In this document: piece after piece, positions 32,774-42,052 of the stretch
How the letters are laid out: the number at the start of each line of letters is the position of its first letter
How positions within the stretch are numbered: the first letter of the stretch is position 1
DNA from: Blastocatellia bacterium
GTDB lineage: Bacteria > Acidobacteriota > Blastocatellia > RBC074
Assembly: GCA_035560235.1 (NCBI GenBank)
Contig: DATMAG010000120.1
Location: forward strand, 3,930 to 67,929
Direction: 5' to 3'
Length of the DNA stretch: 64,000 bases
Notes under the pieces: model-generated
What the model was told of the DNA's origin: nothing
What the model saw: only the letters and a program-made list of their open reading frames with translations
The model's database searches: none
Position numbers and translations under genes: made by a program

Positions 32774-33127
32774 ATGCAGACAGGTCAGCAGCAGAGAGAA
32801 GTGCCGCGCCTCAGTCCGCAGGAAGTCAAAAAGCAGCTGGATCGCGGCGAACAGATTCTCTTCATTGATACACGCAATCCGCAGGCGTGGAGCGAATCGG
32901 ATGTCAAACTGCAGGGCGCGTTGCGTATCCCGGCAGATCAGATCTCTCAGCATCTCGGTGAGATTCCGCGCGACCGTGAAATTGTCACCTACTGCACCTG
33001 ACCGCACGAAGCCTCAAGCGCCCGGGCGGCGCAGGAACTGATGGATCACGGATACTTCAATGTGCATCCGCTCGCGGGCGGGTTCGAGGCGTGGCGCAAG
33101 CTCGGTTATCCGGTCACGCCCAAATAA
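32774..33127 (+). CDS. single-domain rhodanese with in-frame TGA at the catalytic Cys position (candidate Sec selenoprotein)
   Basis: The frame is continuous through TGA 32999-33001 (...IVTYCT-TGA-PHEASSARAAQELMDHGYFNVHPLAGGFEAW...). TGA falls exactly on the active-site Cys column of rhodaneses (GlpE CYHGNSSKGAAQ). RBS GGAGGGAG lies before the ATG at 32774. Confidence 0.55.
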
Positions 33128-33223
33128 TCTCCAGGCGCGGGCCGGACAGGCCTGGTGACCCTGGCGATCTTTACACTGACTCTGCCTGAGGCGAAGAAGG
33201 CGACCAGGGCGCAGCGCCAGAGA

Positions 33224-33258
33224 GGAGCCTCAGCAAAGCTGCTGAGGCTCTTTTTCTT
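33224..33258 (+). terminator. rho-independent terminator
   Basis: GAGCCTCAGC-aaagct-GCTGAGGCTC followed by TTTTTCTTC. Confidence 0.7.
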
Positions 33259-33411
33259 CAGTTCTGACCTGCGGCTGATTCACATGTTCCTGCCGATCCT
33301 CACCCTCAATATCCGCACTGAGAGGCGTCTGAAGAAAAAACAGTTCGCTGTGACATAAGTCATCTCATTGCCGTACAGCTGTGCGCCATGATTACGCTCA
33401 CGGAGGTCACA

Positions 33412-33984
33412 ATGAAGAAGATCAGTTCACTGCAACTGCTCAATCAACCGCTGATTCCTGACTTTTCAGATCCGCTCGCGCTGCTGGTTCATTGTCACGA
33501 GCGGATCGAAAGACAACTGCGCGCACTCGAACGCGCCGGAGAACTGCTGCGCGAGGGTGCGCCTGAAACGCTGCCGATGGCCTTTGTCGCGATTGATCAG
33601 GCCTGCGCGCATTTCGCCGGGCCGGGAGTGAAGCACACTGCCGATGAGGAAGTCTCGCTCTTTCCGCGCCTGCGCGAATGCAGTCAGGCGATGGTGCGCG
33701 AGGCGCTCGCCGCGCTTGATGAACTTGAACCGCAGCATCGCACGGCTGAAAGCCTGCATGCTGAATTTGACGCATTCATCGCTCTGTTGCCGCGTGACGG
33801 ATTGGCTGAACTGTCGAGCCTTGATCGTTATGAAGAACTGACCGCGCAACTGACGGCGCTTTATCGCCCGCATATCCGGCTTGAGAACGAACTGATCTTT
33901 CCCGCCGCAGCCCAGGCTCTCTCACCTGAAGCAATCGCGCTCATTGGCGCTGAAATGCGCGCGCGACGGCAGCGCGCAGGATAA
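33412..33984 (+). CDS. hemerythrin-like (HHE cation-binding) domain protein
   Basis: His/Glu ligand pattern (VHCHERIE; H..ADEE; HAEFD; HIRLENE). Good RBS GGAGG. Confidence 0.5.
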   Translation: MKKISSLQLLNQPLIPDFSDPLALLVHCHERIERQLRALERAGELLREGAPETLPMAFVAIDQACAHFAGPGVKHTADEEVSLFPRLRECSQAMVREALAALDELEPQHRTAESLHAEFDAFIALLPRDGLAELSSLDRYEELTAQLTALYRPHIRLENELIFPAAAQALSPEAIALIGAEMRARRQRAG

Positions 33985-34181
33985 CCCCTCGCGCGGCGTG
34001 AGAACCCGCCACTCACGCCGCGCACGTCTTATCCTGAGACCCTTCCTTCTCTCTCAGACTTTCCTGATCACAGTCGGGCTGATGTCGTGCTGCGGCGATT
34101 CGCGCGAATCGTCGCAGACGGATTTCTGCTGCGCAGTGGCAGATAAGTTGCAAGTCAGTTTGCAGGAGGAGGATCAGCTCG

Positions 34182-36467
34182 ATGAATCACCGAAAACTCT
34201 GGATTGCTCTGGTCGTCGTCATCGTCGCTTCATTTGCGGTGCTGGGCGGAGTCGGTTACAGGATCGCCCGCACTGCGCCGCCGATTCCGCAGCAGGTCGT
34301 CACTTCGGATGGCCGGACAGTAATTGATTCAGGTCAGATTCAGCGCGGGCAGGGCGTCTGGCAGTCGCTCGGCGGGCAGGAGGTCAGCTCGATCTGGGGA
34401 CACGGCGCATATCTGGCTCCGGACTGGACGGCTGACTGGCTGCACCGCGAAGCCGTGTTCATTCTCGACTACTGGGCGCAGCAGGCCGGTGGCCCGAATT
34501 TCAATGCGCTCACGGCTGAACAGCAGGCGGCGCTGCGCGCCAGGCTGCAGGCGGTGATGCGGACCAATACATACGATCAGAGCACCGGACGAGTAACGAT
34601 TGATCTGGTCAGGGCCGAAGCCTTCGAGTCGCTGGCGAAATATTACGGCGACCTGTTTGCGCAGGGCCGCGATGAATATGCGATTCCGCGCGGCGCGCTG
34701 ACCGATGCGACCAAAGCGCGCGAAATGGGCGCGTTCTTCTGGTGGACTTCGTGGGTGGCTTCGACGAATCGTCCGGGTCAGGATGTGACATACACGCAGA
34801 ACTGGCCGCACGAACCGCTGACTGGCAACACGCCTACGGGCAGTTCAGTCGTCTGGAGCGTCATCAGCTTCGTGCTGCTGCTCGCGGGGATTGGCGGAAT
34901 GGTCTGGTATTTCGTGGCGCAGGAACGCGACACGCGGCACGAGGATCTGCCGTCGCACGACCCGCTGCTCGGCCTGCAGCCGACGCCATCGCAGCGCGCC
35001 ACGGTCAAATATTTCTTCGTTGTCGCGGCGCTCGTCGTCGTGCAGTGCGGGCTTGGCGCAGTGACGGCGCATTACGGCGTGGAAGGATCGAGCTTTTACG
35101 GCCTGCCGATTGATCAGGGACTGCCCTATTCAGTGGCGCGCACGTGGCACATGCAACTGGGGCTGTTCTGGATTGCGACTTCGTGGCTGGCGACGGGACT
35201 TTACATTGCGCCTGCGGTCAGCGGTTATGAGCCGCGCGGGCAGCGGCTCGGCGTCAATCTGCTTTTTGCGGCGCTGCTGTTTGTGGTGATTGGCTCGCTC
35301 GCGGGCGAATGGCTTGGCATCAGACAGCGGCTGGGTGATTACTGGTTCTGGTTCGGCGCGCAGGGCTATGAATATGTTGACCTGGGGCGCTTCTGGCAGA
35401 TTCTGCTCTTTGCCGGGCTGGTCTTCTGGCTCTGGCTGATGTGGCACGCGCTGCGTCCGGCGCTGGCTGAACGCAACGAGAGCCGTTCGCTGCTGAGCCT
35501 CTTTCTGGTGGCGAGCATTGCCATTCCGCTCTTTTATGCGGCGGGACTGATGTACGGGCAGCGCAGCCATCTGGTAGTCGCCGAATACTGGCGCTGGTGG
35601 GTGGTGCATCTGTGGGTCGAAGGTTTCTTTGAAGTCTTTGCCACAGTCGTCATCGCCTTTCTGTTTACGCGGCTGCGGCTGCTTTCGACCGGCACGGCGA
35701 CAAAGGCTGTGCTGTTCTCAACGGTCGTCTTTCTTTCAGGCGGAATCATAGGGACATTCCATCACCTCTATTTCAGCGGCACGCCGAACGTGGTGCTGGC
35801 GCTGGGCGCGACCTTCAGCGCGCTGGAAGTCGTCCCGCTGGTGCTGATCGGCTTTGAGGCGTGGGAGAACATCCGGCTGGCGCGGGCCAGGAACTGGCTG
35901 ACGGCCTGTCGCTGGCCGATCTGGTTCTTCGTGTCGGTCGCGTTCTGGAACTTCGTCGGCGCGGGACTGTTCGGGTTTCTGATCAATCCGCCGATTGCGC
36001 TCTATTTCAGGCAGGGACTCAACACGACTCCGGTGCATGGGCACACGGCGCTCTTTGGCGTCTACGGGATGCTCGGCATCGGGCTGATGCTCTTCTGCCT
36101 GCGCGCGCTGCAGCCGGGGCGGGCGTGGAAGGACTGGCCGCTGCGAACGGCCTTCTGGACGATCAACGGCGGACTGCTGCTGATGGTGCTGCTCAGCCTG
36201 CTGCCGATTGGCCTGATGCAGACCTGGGCGGCAGTTGAATACGGCACCTGGTATGCGCGTTCGGCGGAGTTTCTGCAGACCGGACTGATGGACACGCTGC
36301 GCTGGCTGCGCGTAATCGGTGACACGATCTTTGCGTTTGGCGCAGTGGTGCTGGGCTGGTTCGTGCTCGGACTCGTGACGGGTCATTCGTATGATGAACG
36401 CGGCACCGTTGCGCCGGGCGAATCCGAAGTCCGCACCGGCCCCGCTCCGGCTCCCGCAGGAGACTGA
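34182..36467 (+). CDS. norZ: quinol-dependent nitric oxide reductase (qNOR, NorZ-type)
   Basis: 761 aa. An N-terminal TM plus periplasmic extension, then a 12-TM heme-copper-oxidase-like core with conserved His. Confidence 0.75.
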   Translation: MNHRKLWIALVVVIVASFAVLGGVGYRIARTAPPIPQQVVTSDGRTVIDSGQIQRGQGVWQSLGGQEVSSIWGHGAYLAPDWTADWLHREAVFILDYWAQQAGGPNFNALTAEQQAALRARLQAVMRTNTYDQSTGRVTIDLVRAEAFESLAKYYGDLFAQGRDEYAIPRGALTDATKAREMGAFFWWTSWVASTNRPGQDVTYTQNWPHEPLTGNTPTGSSVVWSVISFVLLLAGIGGMVWYFVAQERDTRHEDLPSHDPLLGLQPTPSQRATVKYFFVVAALVVVQCGLGAVTAHYGVEGSSFYGLPIDQGLPYSVARTWHMQLGLFWIATSWLATGLYIAPAVSGYEPRGQRLGVNLLFAALLFVVIGSLAGEWLGIRQRLGDYWFWFGAQGYEYVDLGRFWQILLFAGLVFWLWLMWHALRPALAERNESRSLLSLFLVASIAIPLFYAAGLMYGQRSHLVVAEYWRWWVVHLWVEGFFEVFATVVIAFLFTRLRLLSTGTATKAVLFSTVVFLSGGIIGTFHHLYFSGTPNVVLALGATFSALEVVPLVLIGFEAWENIRLARARNWLTACRWPIWFFVSVAFWNFVGAGLFGFLINPPIALYFRQGLNTTPVHGHTALFGVYGMLGIGLMLFCLRALQPGRAWKDWPLRTAFWTINGGLLLMVLLSLLPIGLMQTWAAVEYGTWYARSAEFLQTGLMDTLRWLRVIGDTIFAFGAVVLGWFVLGLVTGHSYDERGTVAPGESEVRTGPAPAPAGD

Positions 36468-36497
36468 GAGCGCAGTGCAGCAGTATGAGGACCAGAG

Positions 36498-37881
36498 TAT
36501 GAGTGATGAACACCGCGCTGTCGTGTCAATTTCCCACACGAATGAGAAGCATCGTTCGCTTGAGCGAGTCGAAGCGCTGGTGCGTGAAGCCCTCAGTCAC
36601 CTCGGCGGGATGCAGCAGTTTGTCCGGCCCGGTCAGACGGTGCTGATCAAGCCGAATCAGACGGTCTATTATTCAGCCGAGGAGGGCTGCACGACTGATC
36701 CGTTTGTCGTCGGCGCGCTCATCAGGCTGGCCCGTGAAGCGGGCGCGGCGCGCGTCGAGGTAGCGGAATCATCCGGCGGTTTCTTCTCCTCGATGGAATG
36801 CATGCGCATCACCGGCATGGCGGCGATGGCTGAACGCGAGGGCGCTGAACTGATTGACCTCGGCAGCGACGAGACGCCGAACCGGACGGTGCGGATTCCA
36901 TATGGTCAGGTGATTCAGGAAGTCCCGCTGCCTGTGCCGCTGCTCGATGCCGATGTCGTCATCGCCGTGCCAAAGGCCAAGAATCATCACATCGAACCGA
37001 TCACGGGCGCACTGAAACTGTGGGTCGGCGCGGTCAATCAGAACTGGCGCAATCATCATCACGGCGACGAGGACATGATCGAACGCTTTGTCGAAATCAT
37101 GACCGTCAGCCGTCCGACGCTCTGCGTGACTGATGCGCTGATTGCGGGCGAAGGCGACGGGCCGATTGCGAACCTGCCGCGCTGGTGTGGCTGCATTCTC
37201 GCTTCAACTGACCCGGTGGCGACCGATGTGACGATTGCAAGGCTGCTCGGTCACGACTGGCGCAGACTGCGCTTTGCCGAAGAGGCCGAAAAACGCGGGC
37301 TCGGCGTGCGCGAGCCGATTGATTACCTCGGCGTGCCGCTCGATGAAGTTTCATTCAAAGCCTGGCCGGGACACGAAGGATACGATTATCTGCCGATCAA
37401 TTTTCTGGTCGGTTCGGGGGTGACGCTCGCCGGGACTATCGGGCACGTCAAAAGCGCGATTGACAGCATGCTGCGGCGCGGCGAACTCAATCAGGTGATC
37501 TGGCTTAAGGGCACGCCGACGATCATGATCGGTGAAAAGGACGACCCGCATTTTGAAGAGCATCTGCGCGAAGGGCCGTATGTCGTTTTTGATGATGCGG
37601 CAAAGCCGGAATACAGGAATGATCCGCGCGTTCATTTCGTGCCGGGTCATCCGGTGCTGCAGACGGCGCTGCCCGAACTGATGAAGGGCCTGGGCGTGAG
37701 CGCGCCGGGCAATGCGATGATGAAGTGGCAGCAGTTCGAACGGTGGGGGATGCACAATGTCGAATACGGTTCGTGGCCGCGCAAGGTGCTGACCGTCGCC
37801 AAACCGCTCGCCGCAGCAGGAGCAGTGGCGGCGGGCGTCTGGGGAGCGGGCAAACTCGTGCGCCGCATCACCGGACACTGA
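36498..37881 (+). CDS. DUF362 domain protein
   Basis: GQTVLIKPN and VEVAESSGG blocks, typical of DUF362. Start chosen at the ATG after the qNOR stop. Confidence 0.5.
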
Positions 37882-37985
37882 TGACAGCACTTCTGATTCA
37901 TGATTCCTGTGATTGAAAAATTCAGGTATCAGGAATCAGGAGTGAAAGCTTCCTTCGAACTGACAGGAATGCGGGGACGACTGGC

Positions 37986-38942
37986 ATGTTGTTGATGCAA
38001 TCAGCCGCGCAGGGACAGCGGAACAGCATCGGCATTGTCTGGCAGACGCTGATCGGGTTGTGGCATTCGCTGCTCGCGCGGCTGCCGTATCTGGCCATCG
38101 GGGTGATCGTCTTTGCGGTCTTTCTGGCCGGCGCGTTCATTACCCGGCGGGTCATTCACACGGCGGGCGAACGCACGCGGCTGGATGTGGCGCTGGCTGA
38201 TCTGCTCGGACGGCTGGCGTCGCTGGGAATCATCATCCTGGGCGTGTTCGTGGCAGCGGTCGTCATCTTTCCGTCCTTCAAGCCGGGCGATCTGGTAACG
38301 GGGCTGGGCATCACTTCAGTCGCCATCGGATTTGCCTTCAAGGATATTCTGCAGAACTTCTTTGCGGGCATTCTGATTCTGTGGCGGCGACCATTTCGGA
38401 TCGGGGATGAGATTCGCACGAAGGATTTCGAGGGCACGGTTGAGGACATCAACACCCGCTCGACGTGGATCAGAACTTATGACGGTGAACGCGTAATTGT
38501 ACCGAACAGCGAGGTCTATACCAGTCCGATTATGGTGCGAACGGCCTTTCCCAAACGGCGCCTGAAGTTCATCGTCGGCATCGGTTATCCCGATTCGATT
38601 GAAGAGGCGCGCGAAACAATTCACCGCGTGCTGGAGCAGACCGAAGGCGTGATGAAAGACCCCGGCCCCTGGGTTTACGTCAGCGAACTTGCACCCTCCT
38701 CGGTCAACTTTACGGTCTGGTTCTGGACTGAGCCTGAGCAGGCAAAGGCGCTGGCCGCGAGCAACCGCGTGGCGACGGGCATCAAGCTGGCGCTGGATAA
38801 AGCGGGCATTGATATGCCTTACCCGCACGAGGTGGTGCTTTTTCACGACACCACCGGCTCGCGCAAAGGCGATATTGAACGCGAGGCTTATCTGCAGCGG
38901 ACGAATGGCGCTCAGCCACAGACCCTGCGGCAGACGCGATGA
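37986..38942 (+). CDS. small-conductance mechanosensitive channel (MscS family)
   Basis: Three TM helices followed by an MscS beta domain (GDEIRTKDFEGTVEDINTRSTWIRTYDGERVIVPNS). Confidence 0.7.
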   Translation: MLLMQSAAQGQRNSIGIVWQTLIGLWHSLLARLPYLAIGVIVFAVFLAGAFITRRVIHTAGERTRLDVALADLLGRLASLGIIILGVFVAAVVIFPSFKPGDLVTGLGITSVAIGFAFKDILQNFFAGILILWRRPFRIGDEIRTKDFEGTVEDINTRSTWIRTYDGERVIVPNSEVYTSPIMVRTAFPKRRLKFIVGIGYPDSIEEARETIHRVLEQTEGVMKDPGPWVYVSELAPSSVNFTVWFWTEPEQAKALAASNRVATGIKLALDKAGIDMPYPHEVVLFHDTTGSRKGDIEREAYLQRTNGAQPQTLRQTR

Positions 38943-40210
38943 AATACTATCAGCCGAAAAAGCAGTTCAATCCCAATACGCAGCGATTCATCTTCGCGAC
39001 CGGCATCGAGTGCAGCTATCCGACAATCGGGACTGAGCAGGGCCGCCGCCGGATTGATGAGATGGAGAAATGCGGCCACTACAAGCGCTGGCGCGAGGAT
39101 CTGCAGCTGACGCTCGATCTGGGCATTCAGGTATTGCGTTACGGGCCGCCCTGTTACCGCATTCACCTGGGGCCGGGGCAGTATGACTGGTCGTGGACGG
39201 ATGAAGTGCTGCCGGTGATGAGGGAGATGCAGATCACGCCGGTGATGGATCTCTGCCATTTCGGCGTGCCGGACTGGCTCGGGGATTTTCAGAACCCTGA
39301 TTTTCCGCGGTACTTCGCCGAATATGCGCGGGCCTTTGCCGAACGATACAACTGGGTGCGCTTCTACACGCCGGTCAACGAAATGTTCATTGCGGCTGAG
39401 TTCAGCGCCTGGTACGGCTGGTGGAATGAGCGGCTGAGTTCACACGAGGGGTTCGTGACCGCGCTCAAGCACATCGTGCGCGCCAATATCGAAGCGATGC
39501 TGGCGATTCTCGAAACGCGTCCCGATGCGCTCTTTATTCAGAGCGAGTCGTCCGAATACACGCACGCCAGCCGCCCCGATCTGCTCGACGAAGCCGAGCT
39601 GTTCAATGAGCGGCGCTTTCTTTCGCTCGATCTCAATTACGCCCGTCGCGTCGGTTCGGGGATGTATGAATATCTGATGGACAACGGGATGACCGAAGAG
39701 GAATACGATTTTTTCATGGGGCATCACCTGCGCGAGCATTGCGTGATGGGCAATGATTATTACGAAGCCAACGAGCACCTGCTGGTGGATGAGAAGAACA
39801 GCATCTATGCGGGCGAGATTTTCGGCTACTATGTGGTGACGCGCGATTATTACGACCGTTACAATCTGCCGGTCATGCACACGGAAACGAACAAGGCCGA
39901 ACCGGAGGCCGAACGCTGGTTGTGGAAGACGTGGGCGAATATTCAGAAACTGCGCCACGACGGGGTGCCGCTGGTCGGGATGACGTGGTACAGCCTGACC
40001 GATCAGGTGGACTGGGACACCGCGCTGCGCGAAGAGAACAATCGCGTCAATCCGCTCGGCCTGTATGATCTGGACCGGAAGATTCGTCCGGTCGGACGTG
40101 CCTACAAAAAGCTGATCAGCCAGTGGAGCGAAACGCCGCTGCTGCCGAACGGGCCGCTCACGCTGATCGGTGATTTGTCAGGCGAGCAGGACAACACACC
40201 TGAAGCATAG
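38939..40210 (+). CDS. glycoside hydrolase family 1-like protein
   Basis: TPVNEMF (acid/base NEP-like) and MHTETN (nucleophile I/TENG-like) blocks. Confidence 0.45.
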   Translation: MKYYQPKKQFNPNTQRFIFATGIECSYPTIGTEQGRRRIDEMEKCGHYKRWREDLQLTLDLGIQVLRYGPPCYRIHLGPGQYDWSWTDEVLPVMREMQITPVMDLCHFGVPDWLGDFQNPDFPRYFAEYARAFAERYNWVRFYTPVNEMFIAAEFSAWYGWWNERLSSHEGFVTALKHIVRANIEAMLAILETRPDALFIQSESSEYTHASRPDLLDEAELFNERRFLSLDLNYARRVGSGMYEYLMDNGMTEEEYDFFMGHHLREHCVMGNDYYEANEHLLVDEKNSIYAGEIFGYYVVTRDYYDRYNLPVMHTETNKAEPEAERWLWKTWANIQKLRHDGVPLVGMTWYSLTDQVDWDTALREENNRVNPLGLYDLDRKIRPVGRAYKKLISQWSETPLLPNGPLTLIGDLSGEQDNTPEA

Positions 40211-40376
40211 CCGATGCTTCCTCCCGCTCACTGGTGAACCTGCTTTCGGAGGCAGCGTGTTCACAGGTGAGTGAACACGCATCAGAACCGCTGCTCAATA
40301 AGCTGTCGCCTGGCCTGATCACGGTGCAGATTCAGGTTCCTGTGGGGCTGCTTCTCTCACTCATTGATCGGGCGCG

Positions 40377-41171
40377 TTATTTTCCGGCCCGGCGGACTTC
40401 GTTCCAGTAACCGGGGCGTCCGTAATGTTCGTGCAGCCGGGTTTCGTAATCGCGCGAAAGCAGATTCGCCTTGTCATACTCAGGACTGTTTCTGACTTCA
40501 TCCCTGGTCAGATTCACGAAGACCTTCGAATCAGTCCAGCTGACGCGTTCGAGCCATTCGGGCGCGAGCAGCACCTTGCGGCCCGGCAGCCAGTTCCGGG
40601 TATCAACCACCAGATAGCGAATCGCCCAGGAATCGTCTTCGATGATGAAGTCCTCCACGTGCCCGATGTCGTCGTCCGAAGCCTGAATGTAATAACCAGT
40701 GACTTCGCGCGTGCTGTGCAGATGGCTGTCCCCGCTCTGTTCCTCATCGCGCGCTCTGGCTTCAGATTCGGCGGCGATGTGTTCTGCCGTCGCCGGAGGC
40801 AGCGCGACCGCTGCCGGATAGGCCGCTGAACCCCAGAGGCCGGGGCCGCCCCAGTAATACGGATAACCGTAATAGCTCATAAACAGCGACTCGTGCTGCC
40901 GCGAGACGGGTTTGTGCGTATCAATGTCGGGACTGTGCCTGACCTGATCCATCGTCAGGTTCACGAAAACCTGATTGCTGCCGCGATCAACCTGCCGGAC
41001 GGAGATGGGCGAGATCAGCACGTCTCTGCCTTCCAGCCACGAGCCTGTGCTGACGACCAGATAACGAACCGTCCAGCGTTCATCATCGAAATAAAACTCT
41101 CTGACCTCGCCTACCGCGCCGTCAGTCGCCATCAGGGCGAAACCCTGCAGTTCATTCACACTTTGCAACAT
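40377..41171 (-). CDS. tandem PRC-barrel domain protein
   Basis: Two repeats: ...DGAVGEVREFYFDDERWTVRYLVVSTGSWL... and ...DDIGHVEDFIIEDDSWAIRYLVVDTRNWL... Confidence 0.6.
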   Translation of the reverse strand: MLQSVNELQGFALMATDGAVGEVREFYFDDERWTVRYLVVSTGSWLEGRDVLISPISVRQVDRGSNQVFVNLTMDQVRHSPDIDTHKPVSRQHESLFMSYYGYPYYWGGPGLWGSAAYPAAVALPPATAEHIAAESEARARDEEQSGDSHLHSTREVTGYYIQASDDDIGHVEDFIIEDDSWAIRYLVVDTRNWLPGRKVLLAPEWLERVSWTDSKVFVNLTRDEVRNSPEYDKANLLSRDYETRLHEHYGRPGYWNEVRRAGK

Positions 41172-41185
41172 TGTCTGCTCCTCCT

Positions 41186-41794
41186 TCAGTACTCACAGTT
41201 GAGAATGCGCCTGCGGCCATCGCGGTCAATGCTCAGATCAATACCGAGAATCCTGCCGGCCAGCCCGCGCACTACTTCATCTTCCAGTCTGCCGTTCGAC
41301 GCGAGATCAACCCATTGTCCATCGCGGTCGCGTCCGACGACCGGTGCCGCGCGCCCCTGCGGAAAGGCCTCAACCACAATCTGCGAGCGTTTGTCATCGA
41401 GCGGGAGCGCCCTGATTTCAAGCCGCACCCGGCCAGCCGTCCACGCCCGCGTCTCAGCGCCGCGCGGCAGCGTCGCGTAATGGGCCAGATCGGTCCGCGC
41501 CGTAACGCCGTCGGCATACGGGAGGTAATCAGTTATCAGTTTGTCCTCAATCGGCGCTTTGCGGCGGCTCCTGTCTTCAAAGGGAATGTGGCAGGCCCTG
41601 AGAACTTCACGCGCCGTGCTGATGATCTGTTCGCGTGAGGCAGCGATGGTGTAAGGCGAAGGCAGCGGCTTCGTATTTTTCGGCTTGTCGAGTTCGATCT
41701 GTGCCCGCGCTGTGTCTGAAGCCGTTGCCAGGATGCCGCACAGACAGACCAGGATAAAACTCATTGATGACCATTTCAGCTTCATCGGCCTCAC
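41186..41794 (-). CDS. hypothetical secreted/lipoprotein
   Basis: Signal peptide with LCGILATAS; no recognised domain. Confidence 0.35.
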   Translation of the reverse strand: MRPMKLKWSSMSFILVCLCGILATASDTARAQIELDKPKNTKPLPSPYTIAASREQIISTAREVLRACHIPFEDRSRRKAPIEDKLITDYLPYADGVTARTDLAHYATLPRGAETRAWTAGRVRLEIRALPLDDKRSQIVVEAFPQGRAAPVVGRDRDGQWVDLASNGRLEDEVVRGLAGRILGIDLSIDRDGRRRILNCEY

Positions 41795-41935
41795 CTCACA
41801 GCGAATCAGTTTCTGATCCAGCCGGTCATCAGTGAAGTGAGCAAGCCCTGTGCCTCTTCAGCCGCAAATGCAAAAAGGGTGGCCGAATCTGCGGCCACCC
41901 TGAATCGTGAAGAACCGGAACACCCCGCGGGGGAG

Positions 41936-41972
41936 TATTCTCAATTTTCCATTTTCAATTCTCCATTATCTG
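41936..41972. repeat. TTCTCAATTTTCCATTTTCAATTCTCCATTA repeat (family with 700-791)
   Basis: Shares the TTCTCAATT / CTCCATTA cores with the 700-791 element. Confidence 0.4.
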
Positions 41973-42052
41973 CGGAAGCGAGGTTCATCAGTTACCGCTC
42001 TGCCGCAGAAAAACGGAGAAGGCAGAGTTGAGACTGAACTCTGCCGTGCCTG

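Noticed and set aside
33155-33358. 67-aa ORF between rhodanese and the hemerythrin gene
   Set aside because: It spans a clear rho-independent terminator and poly-T. There is no RBS.
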